A stretch of 64,000 bases of DNA from Eledone cirrhosa (lineage: Eukaryota): NCBI GenBank assembly GCA_964016885.1, contig OZ024743.1, forward strand, positions 119,722,001-119,786,000, written 5' to 3'. Position 1 is the first letter of the stretch, and the number at the start of each line of letters is the position of its first letter. The notes under the pieces are model-generated. The model did not search any database. It saw only the letters and a program-made list of their open reading frames with translations, and was not told the origin of the DNA. The position numbers and the translations under genes are program-made. This document shows, one piece after another, positions 1 to 13,958 of this stretch.

Positions 1-49
1 AGTAAGTCGCTTTCTTTCATATTGCTGCAAGCTACTCAGCTTTCAAAAA

Positions 50-485
50 TGAGTTGTCTCTATAAATCAGGGAGCCAGCCTTGGAACATATTATGTCACG
101 GTGAAACTCCCTTAGAACTACGTTAAAGGTACACGTGTCTGTGGAATGCTCAGCTATGTACACGTTAATTTCATGAGCATGCAGTTCCATTGATTGAATC
201 AAGTGGACCGCCCGTCGTCGGAAACAACGAAGGTCCAACATTCACACTCGCTCGCTCTGATCGATTGACAAGATCCCGGGCCTTATTCGCTTTGCTAAGT
301 GGGGTCGACCTCGTCAAATCGGACCAAAGAAACAATGTTTCCCTCGATCTTAACAGTCGCAACTCCTGGTAGAAGGAGCAACGTGGAAATAAAGTGTCTT
401 GCTCAAGGGCACAACACATCACCAGTTCCGAGAATTGAACCTTACGATTGCGAATCCAATTCTCAAACCACTAAGCCATGCGCCA
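50..485 (-). mobile_element. tRNA-derived CORE-like SINE (family B)
   Basis: The minus strand reads GGCGCATGGCTTAGTGGTT (A box) ... GGTTCAATTC (B box), then GTGCCCTTGAGCAAGACACTTTATTTC (CORE-like). A homologous copy lies at 45399-45640 on the plus strand. Confidence 0.7.
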
Positions 486-911
486 TCACGAAACATTCAC
501 ACACACACACAACACATATACAGGGTCATAACAAATTTCGTATATAAAGTTTATTTAAAGTTAGCTTTCTTTACATGAAAGAACCACTATGTGAAAAAGA
601 CAAGTATAAGAATATTTTAAGATTCATATGAATTCATACGTGATGTTGTTAATTTTCATATTCAATGATACAAATTATGTAACTCATGATAAATTTCTGA
701 AGATCTAGAGACGCATTTTTGAGAGGATTTTCAATTGTATTCTTAATTACATTATTCTAATCGGCAAATCATCTATCAGTCTCCAATTATTTCATTAGGC
801 AAACCTGGAATAATTATTTATTTAATAATTTTCAATAATGACATTTTTTTTAGTTGAGGGTAAGATATAAACATCTGTATTCTAAATGTTCTCTAGAGAA
901 TAATCACACAC

Positions 912-973
<62 letters not shown>

Positions 974-988
974 AAACACACACACAAA

Positions 989-1039
<51 letters not shown>

Positions 1040-1224
1040 TTTTCCTTTCCTTTTATCCCGTAACTCCTTGAGAATTCGTAGGAGCGCTGTAGTGTCATAC
1101 AGCGTTTCTTGGGCATTTTAAGCCTGGCGGAGCTCACCCCCTTTCCAGGCCTGACTACAACAGAACGTGACAACAGAGGAATTGAGAAATAGTTGTAGAG
1201 GAAGAATTGAGTATCGTACAATGT

Positions 1225-1966
1225 ACATTTCTTATCGACTTCGAATTGAAGAAAGGCAAAGTTGACCGCGGTGGACTTGAATTCAGAGAGCACAAAGCCG
1301 AAACGAATATATATATATATGTAATTGTTTCTACTTTTGGCACAAGGCCAGCAATTTCCCAGTACATTACTGATACTTTATTTCATCGACCCCGTAAGGA
1401 TGAAAGGAAAAGTTAACCTCGACGGGATTTGAACTCAGACCGTGATGGGACGTAACTATGCAAGAAAGCATGGCGTCCAACCCTCACCGATACTGTCAAT
1501 TCAATATAATTGTTTCTATTTTAGGCACAAGGCCAGCAATTACCCAGTGCATTACTGGTACTTTATTTTATCGACCCCGTAAGGATGAAAGGCAAAGTTA
1601 ACCTCGGCGGGATTTAAACTCAGATCATAAAGGGAGGTAACTCTATGCTTCAAAGCATGGCGCCCGACCCTCTACCAATACTGCCAATCCACCGCCAATT
1701 CAATATAATGGCAAATTACCAGAGTCGTTAGATAAAACGCTTCGTGATATTTGTTTTGAATTCGTATTCTCTGAATTCAGAGTAGTGGATTGGTAGTATC
1801 GGTAGGGGGTTGGACACCATAGTTTGCAGCAAAGAGTTACGGCCCTTTATGATCTGAGTTCAAATCCCGCCCAGTTTAACTTTACTTTTCATCCTTACGG
1901 GGTCGATAAAATAAAGTACGAGTAATACACTGAGATAATTGCTGGCCTTGTGCCAAAAGTAGAAAC

Positions 1967-2006
<40 letters not shown>

Positions 2007-2115
2007 GCGATGGGTTGGCAGCAGTATCGGTAGAGGGTCGGACGCCATGCTTTGCAGCATAGAGTTACGTCAAATCCCACCGAGGTTAACTTTGCCTTTC
2101 ATCCTTACGGGGTCT
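1225..2115. mobile_element. Cluster of about 6 tRNA-derived SINE family A copies (Meta/MESC-like core). Minus: ~1225-1300, 1323-1500, 1511-1696. Plus: ~1710-1780, 1782-1970, 2006-2115
   Basis: A box TGGCAGTATCGG, B box GTTCAAATCC, core GCCTTTCATCCTTACGGGGTCGATAAAATAAAGTACCAG, tail GCTGGCCTTGTGCC...AGAAACAATT. A TSD CAATTCAATATAAT is at 1497-1510 and 1696-1709. Confidence 0.9.
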
Positions 2116-2426
2116 AAATTAATTAAATATATAAGGCCATTAGCTTTGTATATGAAATAAGTGAAGTTGTATATCTGGCGACATACGGTATGTTTATAAA
2201 TAAATATTTTGAAAGCCTTCCTCTATGAATTTGAAAACTGATAGCCGAGCGCCATCTAGTGTGATCCAGCAGAAGCTAAGTACGGGCAACCAATGATGAT
2301 GACGTCATCATTTCTGACAATTGTCGTTATCAAACTGGTACTGCCGAACATAATATAAGCTAAAACATATATATATATATAACCTAAAACATAATATAAG
2401 CTAAAGCATATATATATATATATTCG

Positions 2427-2472
<46 letters not shown>

Positions 2473-2556
2473 AAAAGGTAAGCGGAAATAACAGAGCAAA
2501 CAACATAATACATTGAAGAGATATACTAGTTTAACGCTTGGAATAGCAGGAAAAGT

Positions 2557-2594
2557 GTCTTAATGTTTCGGACACTAATCCTTCATCAGAAGAT
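2557..2594 (-). ncRNA. Minimal type-I hammerhead ribozyme motif (PLE pLTR-type)
   Basis: Minus strand: TCTT CTGATGA AGGA-TTAGTG-TCC GAAA CATT AAGA. Core boxes are intact, stem II is GGA/TCC and stem I is TCTT/AAGA. Confidence 0.7.
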
Positions 2595-2816
2595 AGAGTT
2601 AGAAATAAAAGATAAATGGAAGGATAAAGATTAAAAAGAGGAAGGAACGGGGAAAATGAGAAAGAAATAGTTAAAAACGCACGTGCGTATCCAGTCTGAC
2701 TATATATTTTGTTTTAAACATCTTCTAACACAGAAAAAAGAGAAAATAATAAAAGGAAATAAATATATTTTTCTTCCTAATAATGGTCTTTTTCTCCCTT
2801 TTTAATATATATATAA

Positions 2817-2860
<44 letters not shown>

Positions 2861-2869
2861 ATATATATA

Positions 2870-3385
2870 TATATATGGATGTAAATATAATGTATTTTGC
2901 AATACACTTTATGCTTAATTAAAAGCATTTTGAAGACCGTAAGCTATTGTTTTAAAGTAGTGACAAATTCACTCACTTTGATCTCAGCAATATAATGTAT
3001 TTTGCAATAATGTATTGCAAAATACATTATATTTACATCCATATATATATTGCTATTTCAGAGCTCCAATTCTAATTTTTAATTTCTGCCTGACCAACAA
3101 CCGCTCTGCATAATCAGCTCCTGATTATTTACTAGATTTCTATAAGAATATAACATCATTGATCTCAGTAGACAGGCGGGGTAGTTGGCCTTGATAAGCT
3201 TCAACAAAAGCGAAACATATCATGTCGGCTTATCTCCCCTGTTTGCTGAGATCAAAGTAAGTGAATTTGTCACTACTTTAAAACAATAGCTTACGGTCTT
3301 CAAAATGCTTTTAATTAAGCATAAAGTGTATTGCAAAATACATTATATTTACATCCATATATATATTGCTATTTCAGAGCTCCAA

Positions 3386-3392
<7 letters not shown>
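2870..3392. mobile_element. PLE-like pLTR insertion with inverted and direct repeats, within (TA)n
   Basis: 2872-2990 is the reverse complement of 3243-3365. 3011-3076 is a direct repeat of 3327-3392. A hammerhead-like fold lies at 3161-3253. Confidence 0.7.
3161..3253 (+). ncRNA. Degenerate type-I hammerhead with long stem I
   Basis: GGCC TTGATAA GCTT-CAACAA-AAGC GAAA CAT-ATC-ATG TC GGCT. The outer helix GATCTCAGTAGACAGG/CCTGTTTGCTGAGATC pairs with several G-U wobbles. There are two core substitutions relative to CUGAUGA. Confidence 0.65.
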
Positions 3393-3425
<33 letters not shown>

Positions 3426-3562
3426 GAGACACACAGCAGGCATTGTTCAGAAACGGCTAGCAAATTGGGAAATTAGGTAGTAACATGTGCTTACGCCGTA
3501 TTTGACTAAATACAATTAGTCTGCTATTTCGGATTTAAATATATATATATATTTTTTCTTTT

Positions 3563-3792
3563 AAATAGAGGTGTGACACACGAGTTGTGATATATTAGTA
3601 AAAAGGAAAAGAAAATGCTGACAAATTTTTCCCAGTGAAAAATAGTTTAATTAGGAATAAGTATAAATTAGTAATAAGTATTAGTTAGTATTCAGTCTAA
3701 AACTGAATTACTTATTACTAATTTATACTTATTCCTAATTAAACTATTTTTCACTGGGAAAAATTTGTCACCATTTTCTTTTCCTTTTTACT
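3563..3792. repeat. Fold-back element, ~84-bp arms (family shared with 40492-40744)
   Basis: 3597-3680 is the near-perfect reverse complement of 3709-3792. Flanked by (TA)n. Confidence 0.9.
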
Positions 3793-3801
3793 TATATGCG
3801 T

Positions 3802-3873
<72 letters not shown>

Positions 3874-3879
<6 letters not shown>

Positions 3880-4092
3880 AACAATACAATATAATTACCT
3901 CATTACCAGAGGTTTCCCGAATAAGACGAATACGAACGAATGAGGACGTTTCTTTCGTATTCGTCTTATTTGGGAAACCTCTGGTAATGAGGTAATTATA
4001 TTGTATTGTTTATTATACATTAAATTTTGCTCTGGTACTTACATAGAGCACTCTTCACTCCTATGACTTTTTCAATTTTCAACGGAAACTCC
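3874..4092. repeat. Fold-back element, ~70-bp arms plus tail
   Basis: 3874-3945 is the near-perfect reverse complement of 3954-4017. The tail contains AGAGCACTCT. Flanked by (TA)n on both sides. Confidence 0.9.
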
Positions 4093-4093
4093 A

Positions 4094-4150
<57 letters not shown>

Positions 4151-4761
4151 TTTAATGATGTTTGGGTTTAGTTTGAGAGAGATTTCGTGGCTGTTTTCCA
4201 GCAAGTCGAGCAACAACGGAGAAGCTTCCTTGTTAGCTTATTGTTGATGATCTTGTTACAGTTCTTGTTTTTATTGTTATAATTGCTGTTGCTGTTATAT
4301 CGCCGTTATTGTTATTGTTGCTCCAGTTTATAGCCTTTTGTCCGTCCCCTTTGTTGTTGTGATAGTTAGAGTAGCTACTGTCACTTCTCTTATTGTTCAT
4401 TGTTGTAGTTTTATATGCTTTTCCTTATTATTGTCATTGTTATTTCTGTTGTTAATTTTGTCATTTATTTTATTTCAATTTGAATATTTTTTTATTTATT
4501 TATTGCTACTGCTGTCCTTCTATTTTATTATTTTCCTCTCAAAGATTCTTAGGCAGTTTGTGAGGTTGTATATGGTGGTGGAGAGGCCTACGATGCTGTA
4601 GCCAGATGAAGGCGATGGGAGGTTTGAAGCGGGAGTAGGGTGGCTGGCATGTATGCTGTATTGGGTTAATAATAAACTTTTAATTAAATCGCTTGTCCAA
4701 TGCTCCTAATAACATTATCGTAAATTACCTTTTATGGGCAAAATACCCTAAAACATCGGAC

Positions 4762-5210
4762 ACCTAACAGCTACATATGGCGTAGAACAAACGATCAAAC
4801 CAGTGATGGAGTCGTTATGTGGTGGATAAAACTGCTGAAAATAGCAGTCAAATTTTCTTCACCCCTCTACACCCCCACACTGTCTTAGAGAAGGATATGT
4901 TGGACGGGGAGATACCTAGCAGCTACATATGTCGGAAAACAAATGAAAAAATCTGTGGGGGACGTTCTATGTGGTGTATAAACTGCTGAAAGTAAGAGCC
5001 AAATGTTCCTCAAAAGATTCCTCCCCTCACTATCTCAGAGAGAAGGTTACGTTGGGTGATGTGAGATGTAACAGTTACATATGTCGGAGAATTAACAAAC
5101 GAACCAGTGAGGGAGCTGCTATATGGTGGGTGAAACTGCTGAAAATAGCAGCCAAATCTCCATCAAAACACCCCTCGCCACTGTCTTAGAGAAGTATGTA
5201 TTGAATGGTG
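4762..5210 (+). repeat. Three diverged tandem copies of a ~155-bp dispersed repeat unit
   Basis: Recurring CAGCTACATATG...TATGTGGTG...AAACTGCTGAAAATAGCAGCCAAAT...CACTGTCTTAGAGAAG. Related pieces are at 4165-4235 (minus) and 59455-59500. Confidence 0.8.
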
Positions 5211-5762
5211 GTGATTTTAGTGGTATGAAGAGTTGCGATAATGTTGGTGGTATTAATTTGTTAGTGATGGTGTGAATACTCTAGTGCTAGAGGTGTTTGT
5301 ACTAGTGAAGGTTATGCGGAGATGGCATTGGTTGTGTTGGTGGCAGTTGTGGGAAAACTGCAGTATTAATGTTAATAGATTTTAAGAGACAAAATAGAGC
5401 TGTGTAACAGTAGGATTCGACAAGGATTTCTAACAAGAAGCTTATCATTGTTCGCATTACTTGACTTTAGTTTGAGAGAGGAAACTCCTTTTAATATTTA
5501 CATGTTTACGGTGTGACGGAATAATTGTGTTGGATCGACAGAATCGATCGAGCGACGCAAATTCCTTGTGATGTTTTTTTTACGTATTTGTAAGATCCTG
5601 AGATCAAATATCAATGGTGTCAAATTAATGTTTCATCTTTCTGGTATTGATACAACTAAGTACCAGTTAAGTATTGGTTTATTTCACGTACTCCCAACAT
5701 CAAAATCCTTTTTTACTCCATGCTTCTGTGTTATATAGCAACATTTACAAGCAAATATAATT

Positions 5763-5950
5763 AATTGTTTCCACTATTGGCACAAGGCCAGCAATTACCC
5801 AGTACATTACTGGTACTTTATTTTATCGACCCCGTAAGGATGAAAGGCAAAATTAACCTCGGTGGGATTTGAAATCAGAATGGCAAGGGCCGCAACTCTA
5901 TGCGTCAAATCATGGTGTCTGACCCTCTACCAATACTGCCAATTCACTAA
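5763..5950 (-). mobile_element. SINE family A copy
   Basis: Reverse complement of the family A head, core and tail. Confidence 0.9.
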
Positions 5951-6429
5951 TGGTAGCCCTTCAATGTTTTTGGCGATGGGTGCGCAGCAGATTATACAGA
6001 CTTGCTTATTATTATGCAGGCTTGCTTATACATACTTGCGTATTCGGCGGCAGATGACTTATCTTGACGTCGTTTTTGTTTTCTATGTGGGTAATTAAAA
6101 GAATTGGATAGAATCCCCCTCAGCCATGCGGGGTTATTCCGCAAGTAGAGTGGAGGTGCGGACAGCTTACGACCTGGTCACCTGAAAGATTTAATGTCCT
6201 TCCACACAGCTAAGACTGATTATCACCTGCTGAGTGCGATTGTAAGACGCTCTTGTCTCTTATGATTGGGACTTTTTCTGCTATCTTTACGGCTCTGAGG
6301 AAAAAACGATGGTGGAATATGCCCTATTAATGTAGGCTATATTTTCAAAAGGCTGGATGCTATAGTCATCTATATGTCTGTCACCTCTGAATTAGATGAG
6401 GTGATATGCCCTGTGTGACATGTGATCGG

Positions 6430-7430
6430 GATGACTCCTCTTAAACTTCTTGTGGAAGGGACAGGTTCCGTTTGTGGAGCGGTACATCTGCTGCAGCACT
6501 CTCTACGCAGAGGGAGGGGAATGTCGTGGCTAATGATGCGCAAACACGCGCTGAGGCTGAGGCATCTCCAGATATTCTGCCTAAACGGTGAACAGGTGTG
6601 CTCGCCGTTTCTGAGACATGCCTTTCGGCAAGCTCGTCTACCAAGCGGGCAATGCGGTCAGTGGAATTTCAACTCTCAAGTTCTATAGAAGAGTAATGGT
6701 GGGCAAGTGCGACGACGCAATTGTAAAGGTTCTGGTCGTCGACGAAATCGAACTGACCACTCTGTCCGGAGGACTTTCGAGCCGGGGAGTATGGATAACT
6801 TCCAGAAATTCCTCGCTTGGCTGAGCTACCGGAGGGCATTGCCGGTTCGAGATAATGTCTACAGGCACGGAAGTGCTGCCAGTCGGATCTGCCCGAGATG
6901 TGCACCGAGCGATGAAAGTGTTCTGCATGCACACGTCCGTAACTGTAGCGAAAGAGGTTGTGTGGTGGACCAGACTGAAATGACCGAAGACAGACACTTT
7001 GCTCTACGGCAAATCCTTCATCAACTTTTTGAAGTTTCACTTGGAAAGAAAGATGAGGGTGGATATGGAAGTTCTACACCCAGTACAATTGCTAAAAGGT
7101 GTATGAATGTGGCAAGTATGGCCAGCGTGAATGGATTTACTCTGTGCATGCGCCTGTAACCTGGCTGCTTTTAGGAGGAGAAGAGTACTATTCCTGGGTG
7201 CCCTCGAAGCGTCGAATGCTTCAGAATTGGTAGAGTAACCGAGTCGCTCCTAGGTGGTTCTGCCACTATTGGGGAATTTTTATTGTTGTAATTTTTATTG
7301 TGAATAGTTTTTGCTAATTTGTTTTATTCGATTTCATTGTAAACTCCCCCCCCCCATCCCCACCCCACCCCCACTATCCCTGGGCTTTTGTATTGTTCCC
7401 TATATGTAGGCCCTTGTGGCCAATAAAGTA
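6430..7430 (+). pseudogene. Tx1/L1-clade LINE 3' fragment (ORF2 C-terminus, zf-RVT-like CCHC region, 3' UTR)
   Basis: Frameshifted translation includes WLSYRRALPVRDNVYRHGSAASRICPRCAPSDESVLH. It ends in AATAAA near 7422. The MSWLMMRKHALRLRHLQIF segment is homologous to 21900-21960. Confidence 0.75.
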
Positions 7431-7448
7431 ATTATTTTTATTATTATT

Positions 7449-7658
7449 TAGCAGTATTGGTAAAGCATCGGACACCCTACTTCGCTGCATAGATTTAAGA
7501 CCCTTTGCGTTCTGAGTTCAAATCCCGCCGAGGTTAACTTTGCCTTTCATCCTTACGGGGTCGATAAAATAAAGTACCAGTAATGCACTGGGGTCGATTT
7601 AATCACTTTCCCCTCCTCCCAAAAGTTTCTGGCCTTGTGCCTATATAAGAAACCATTA
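7449..7658 (+). mobile_element. SINE family A copy (longer variant with CTGGGGTCGATTTAATC block)
   Basis: B box, core and tail are present. Confidence 0.85.
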
Positions 7659-8377
7659 TTTTTATTCTACTACGACTACTGCTGCTACGACCACCACCAG
7701 GGTTACTACTGCTGCTGCTGCTACTACTTCTTTGTCATCATCATCATCATCATCAACATCAGTATGAGCAACAGCAACAACCCCCAGCACCAATATGACG
7801 AGCAGCAACAACAACACAAACTCCTCCACCTCCACCACCATTCTTTAGTGCTACAATTTACTCCCAAGTATTCTTGGTTATTTCGCCTTTTATTTAATGT
7901 ATCTTTTGACGTTTGTGCTTTTTTTCTTTGCTTAGAAGCGGGTGTTTAATATTAATATATATGAAAAGCCTGTGTCTTAATAAAGTCACGTGAGTAATAA
8001 ACAGGGAGTCGGAAGTGAGATGCGATAAAAACCATACCCCCACAATGCCATTACCATCCAGCGGTCCAACAGCGGCAAACTGTCAAATGCCGCTATTGTT
8101 TCATGGATAGTTATTCATTTTTTTTATTTATCAAATTATTTGTCTGTTTGTTTATTTTTACCGTTGTTTAAGTTACAGAAATAAATCTTAAATTTTTCTA
8201 TTGACGGCATCCGCTCCCGCATTTCGAGGAGTTTTTTGGTATTGAAATAAATGATAGTCTATAATAGTAATGGTTTATTTATTCATGCTGTTAAAAATAA
8301 TGATAAAGATGATGATGATAAGGATAAGGATAACAACAACAACAGCAACAACAACAACAACCGCAACAACTACAATA

Positions 8378-8705
8378 ATAAAGGTTTCTGAATTAGGCAG
8401 AAAGCCAACATTTTTTTTTTTTTGTGGAGAGAGGAAGTCAAGTAAATCGGCCCCATTGCGTTACTGGTACTTTATTTTATTCACCCCGTAAGGATGAAAG
8501 GCAAAGCTTAATCTCAGCGGGATTTGAATTCAGAACGTAAAGGGACGTAACTCTACCACGCAAAGCATGATGTCCGACGCATTGCCGATAAAGCCAATCC
8601 CCCACCGAATAATAATATGAATAATAGTTTCTGATTTAGGAACAAGGCCAACAATTTTGGGGGAAGGGGAAATCTATTAAATCGAATCAGTGAGTTACTG
8701 GTACT
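8378..8705 (-). mobile_element. Two SINE family A copies (8378-8607 full, 8625-8705 3' part)
   Basis: Reverse complement of core and tail. Confidence 0.8.
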
Positions 8706-9040
8706 CAGACCAAGATGAAAATTGAATATAACAGACTAGATATTGTTTTAATAGAGAAGAAAGAAAGGAATTTTACCCTCATTGATGTAGTATGTCATTT
8801 TTGACACCAGAATTTAACGAAAGACGAAAAATAGTATCTTATACCGACTTAAAATATGAAATCTTTAAATGCTGGAGTAATGAAGTGAAGACTGTCACCA
8901 TTCTCGCAGTGGTGGTTGGTACACTTGTTATGGTGACAAAGAACATCGAAAATTACCTGTCGAAAACAGACATTGCTCAAGTGATTGAAACGCTCCACAG
9001 GGAACAGCCCGAATATTGAGAAAGGTTCTGAACTACAGGG
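8706..9040 (+). pseudogene. R4/Dong-type LINE fragment, restriction-like endonuclease domain
   Basis: Across frameshifts: KIEYNRLDIV..EKKERNFTLIDVVCHFDTRI..YTDLKYEIFKCW..VVVGTLVMVTK..GTARILRKVL, matching the R-PD-x12-14-D RLE C-terminus. Confidence 0.75.
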
Positions 9041-9327
9041 AATAACTTTTTCATAGTAAGAAAATATGTTCATTGTAAGAATTTGTTCTTCCTGTTTCAC
9101 CTAAAAACGTAATTCTCCTTGCATATATTTCACTCATCTCAGGAGAACGTCTTCACGCACTGTTATATCTTTCTATTTTCTAAAGGCAATAATTAGTCGT
9201 AATGTTTTTGAAATATTTACCCCTGCGTCTACAGATTGATATTTTCTCAGTTTCAGATGATCATACTTAGGGTGAAAGCAGGAATTGTTTGATAAATCTT
9301 TTAATCTGTACCACTACTAATAAAATA

Positions 9328-9573
9328 TTCAAATCCCGCCGAAGTCAACTTTGCCTTTCATCCTTACGAATTCGATAAAAACGTACCACTACTGGGTAGA
9401 TTCTTCCCCTATATATCTCGCTCACTATCCTTCTCTGGAAGAAATCTGCTGTATTCAAACATGGAAAGGAGAGACTGGCATACATGGGTGACTGCTGGTC
9501 GTCCACAAGCCTTGTTCCTCGGAGGGGGACTTCTAGGTGAAAAACCATTGTCATTTGTGACCTAATGGGGTCT
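9328..9573 (+). mobile_element. SINE A-core variant with a different 3' tail
   Basis: The same B box and core are followed by CTTCTCTGGAAGAAATCTGCTG...GGTGACTGCTGGTC instead of the usual tail. A second partial copy is at 25670-25790 on the minus strand. Confidence 0.6.
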
Positions 9574-9587
9574 ATGATATATATATA

Positions 9588-9693
<106 letters not shown>

Positions 9694-9854
9694 AATTATG
9701 TCTCATATAAAATAATACAACTGACTATCCGCAAAATACGTATAGTTAGCACCCCAAACGTATAATTGGGATTATACTAAGGTATATCCTAATGTTTGTT
9801 GAGTGAGACGGAAGCCGGTCGGAGTATTGCTTAAAGCTTTCTCTGTTAATGTAT

Positions 9855-9987
<133 letters not shown>

Positions 9988-10023
9988 ATGGTTCCTACAG
10001 GATTAGAACTGCTATGTATCGAG

Positions 10024-10142
<119 letters not shown>

Positions 10143-10362
10143 AAGAGATCATGATAGCAAGAACATTATTCAGCAGAGTACTCGATACTAGGGATAGTAG
10201 AGAGTTATAGGCCCTGACTCTCAAAATTATATGTTGTTATCGTCTTATGTATAAGGCCTACATAGTGATAGCGGTCTTTTTTGTGGTTATTCTTTTCTAG
10301 ATATAATGAGCTGCCACTTTGAAACAATGTGTGTGTGTGTTGTTGTGTTTTGTGCATATTTA

Positions 10363-11070
<708 letters not shown>

Positions 11071-11769
11071 ATGTATATATATATGCCACCCAGCTCGCGA
11101 GCCATGTGGCACACTATTTTCTAGTAAATGGACTATATTAGAAAAATGAACCCCCTATATTAATGGGACAATATTTTGCCGGCTATGTAACTCGGAAAAG
11201 TGAAATATACTTTCGCAACTGGCCTCAGAGTAACACTGCTTAAATGCTCGCATCGACTGCTTTACTCGCTGTCCATATGAATCGAACTTCATTCTGAGAA
11301 TATAGGATAGTCCAAACTAACTGATTTTAATTTCAAGTAATTCAATATTTTTAATTACTAAACTTGCACAATTTCTGTTTCTTTCGATAATTACTTCCCT
11401 TCACATTATCTAAAATATTTGGTTATTTATAGTTAAATTTGAAATTATCTGCCTTTGAAGAACTCTCGTGTATTTTATAAAAATCTCGGATTACCCAGTG
11501 GAGGTAGCCATTTTTATTATATATAACAGGCTGAATGAGTTGGGGTGTATAGCCCAACGAAACTTAAGTACCTGTACATACTGTTAACTCAATTCAGTTT
11601 TACTAAGTTTTTGGTTATTTTTATGTTTGTTTAATTAATTTTCTTATAAATTCTAGCTGTTCTTTTGTTATTCTAATAAACTTTCTTTACTTAGCATTTG
11701 TCTTTTATTTTGACTGAAAGAAGCCAAAACATTAGAAACCACGAGCATTATGTAACAATGGGATTTTAG

Positions 11770-11850
11770 AATTCATTTATCCGGATATTTCACTTAACCG
11801 GATCTTTTTCTAACTGTTTGGTTTTGACCGTCCGGATAACAGAAGATTCA

Positions 11851-11853
<3 letters not shown>
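11770..11853. mobile_element. Tigger/pogo-like terminus
   Basis: CCGGATAACAGAAGATTCACTG followed by TA, with repeated sub-terminal ATCCGG/CCGGAT motifs. The other end was not located. Confidence 0.45.
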
Positions 11854-11909
<56 letters not shown>

Positions 11910-12134
11910 AGAGTGTTGAAGATTGCTTGAAGCATTGTGGGATAATAAAAATAGTTGTTTTGGAAGCCTCAACAATGCACATTGGTAAATCACCGGGTAA
12001 CAAAATCAGGTGGTAATGAGAGAGAGAGATGTAAGAGGAAACGTAGAAAGAGGCGTAGATAGCGTAAAAGAACGTAGAAAAAGTGTAAAAATTAATAACA
12101 TCAGATAGAGTTATCTCGGAAGTGATTTAATAAT

Positions 12135-12170
12135 CCCTATATTTCGGATTTCGCATCCATCAACTGGGGG
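12135..12170 (-). ncRNA. Decayed hammerhead-like motif
   Basis: Minus strand: CCC CAGTTGA T GGAT-GCGAA-ATCC GAAA TATA GGG. The stems fit but the first core box is degenerate. Confidence 0.35.
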
Positions 12171-12648
12171 GTTGCCGAGGCGAAAAAGTTATGTCGGAAA
12201 GGGACAACACGTGGACAACATTCATGGAGTATTGCGTTTCAGACATCATCGACATGGTAGGATCAGATATAAAGACCGAAAGTTGATTTGTTGTTCGTTT
12301 CTTCGCTGAAAGCGTATTGGAATTTATCAGGTGGAACTAGAATTAATTCTAATATTACCACTCCAATCTGATTTAATATAATGTAGGAAAAATATTATTA
12401 AAAAGTGTTAGCAATATTATGAAACTTTTACAAATGTTATAAAGTTATGGTGCATGCTTCGTACATACATATACATACATGCTACGTAATAATGTGTATG
12501 ACACACACATACTCAACCCCACATGCACCTGCACAGAACCTCACACATATACACATACACATACATGCACTCTCTATCTTGCACATACATTCATACATAC
12601 ATAAATACACACACACACACACACATATATATACATACATATACACAT

Positions 12649-12716
<68 letters not shown>

Positions 12717-13254
12717 TTAAATTGGTGAACCTAGGTTAAAAATATATATATATATATATATATATAACCTAGGTTCACCAATTTAAACATATTCTCAGCC
12801 ATATTTTTCAATTTGTCAGTTGCGTTCATATAATAGAGTTGCAACATTAAAGGCAGGTGATGTATTTTGCATATAGCAAAGCAGACTAAATACTTCGTTG
12901 TCATTTAGAGAAGAGATATAGGAGGGTCTGTTTGTGGTGGTTGTAGAAGGGTGAAGTTGTAAGTGAGATGAGGAAAATAGCTTCTTGAGTTTAGGACACT
13001 TTTAGGTGAGCGTGTCGGGCAATAATTCATGTAAAACACGTGGCTCAATTTGGTCCAATATTCACGTACATGAGGGGGTGCAAGTGTTGAAGAGAGTATA
13101 TATGTATATATGTGTGTGGCAGTGAGATCATGGGGTCCAACGTGGCAAATTATCCGCAGCATATCCAGTGTCACTGTGCGACAAATACATATAGATGCGG
13201 TGTTCAATCTGAGACAGGTAGGTTAACAATAGAGATTTTGCTGGGCAAAGCAAT

Positions 13255-13530
13255 GCATGCATGCCCTCGTACGCTGCAAGCCGGCGCGTTGAGCCGGTGC
13301 TTATCCTGGTTTCGTGGCGTAAAGCGAGTGAGAGTACAAGACTTCCCCTGGACAGGATTCCAGTCCATCGCAGGGTTAAAACCCCAGCAATTGTTGGTAC
13401 TCATTTTCAACCGAGTATACTTCAGCAAAGTGAAATGAAGTGTTTGCTCAAGAACACGACACGCAACCCGGCCCAGGAATCGTACCCATGACATTACGAT
13501 CGTAAGTCCAACACTCTTACCACTAGCAAT
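13255..13530 (-). mobile_element. tRNA-derived CORE-like SINE (family C)
   Basis: Minus strand TAGTGGTAAGAGTGTTGGAC...GGTACGATTCC, then GTGTTCTTGAGCAAACACTT, CCTGCGATGGACTGGAATCCTGTCCAGGGG and a GAAACCAGGATAAGCACCGGC tail. Confidence 0.7.
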
Positions 13531-13733
13531 GGGACTATAATCTTATTTTTCATCTGGCTGAGTTGTCGAATACCAGAATGTCAACAGAAACATTTGAAAG
13601 TGTCATCGTGTACCAAATATCCTGAATTTCGGTATTCGTTGGGCATCCTTAAAACATCTACGATTTTCACCCATTCCTCCGTACACGACTAGCATTTTTT
13701 GCTTTAATATATACAGGGCGGTGAGTTTGCTGA

Positions 13734-13836
<103 letters not shown>

Positions 13837-13922
13837 CGTGCGTATGTGTGTGTATGGGGGGGGGACTAAAAGAGTACAATGAAGGTATTTGTTAGTTTAA
13901 CGTTTGCTATGGTAGGAAACGC

Positions 13923-13958
13923 GTCTTAGCGTTTCGGACGTTAGTCTTTCATCAGAAC
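13923..13958 (-). ncRNA. Minimal hammerhead motif (same family as 2557-2594)
   Basis: Minus strand: GTT CTGATGA AAGAC-TAAC-GTCC GAAA CGCT AAGAC. The surrounding context resembles 2500-2680. Confidence 0.65.
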
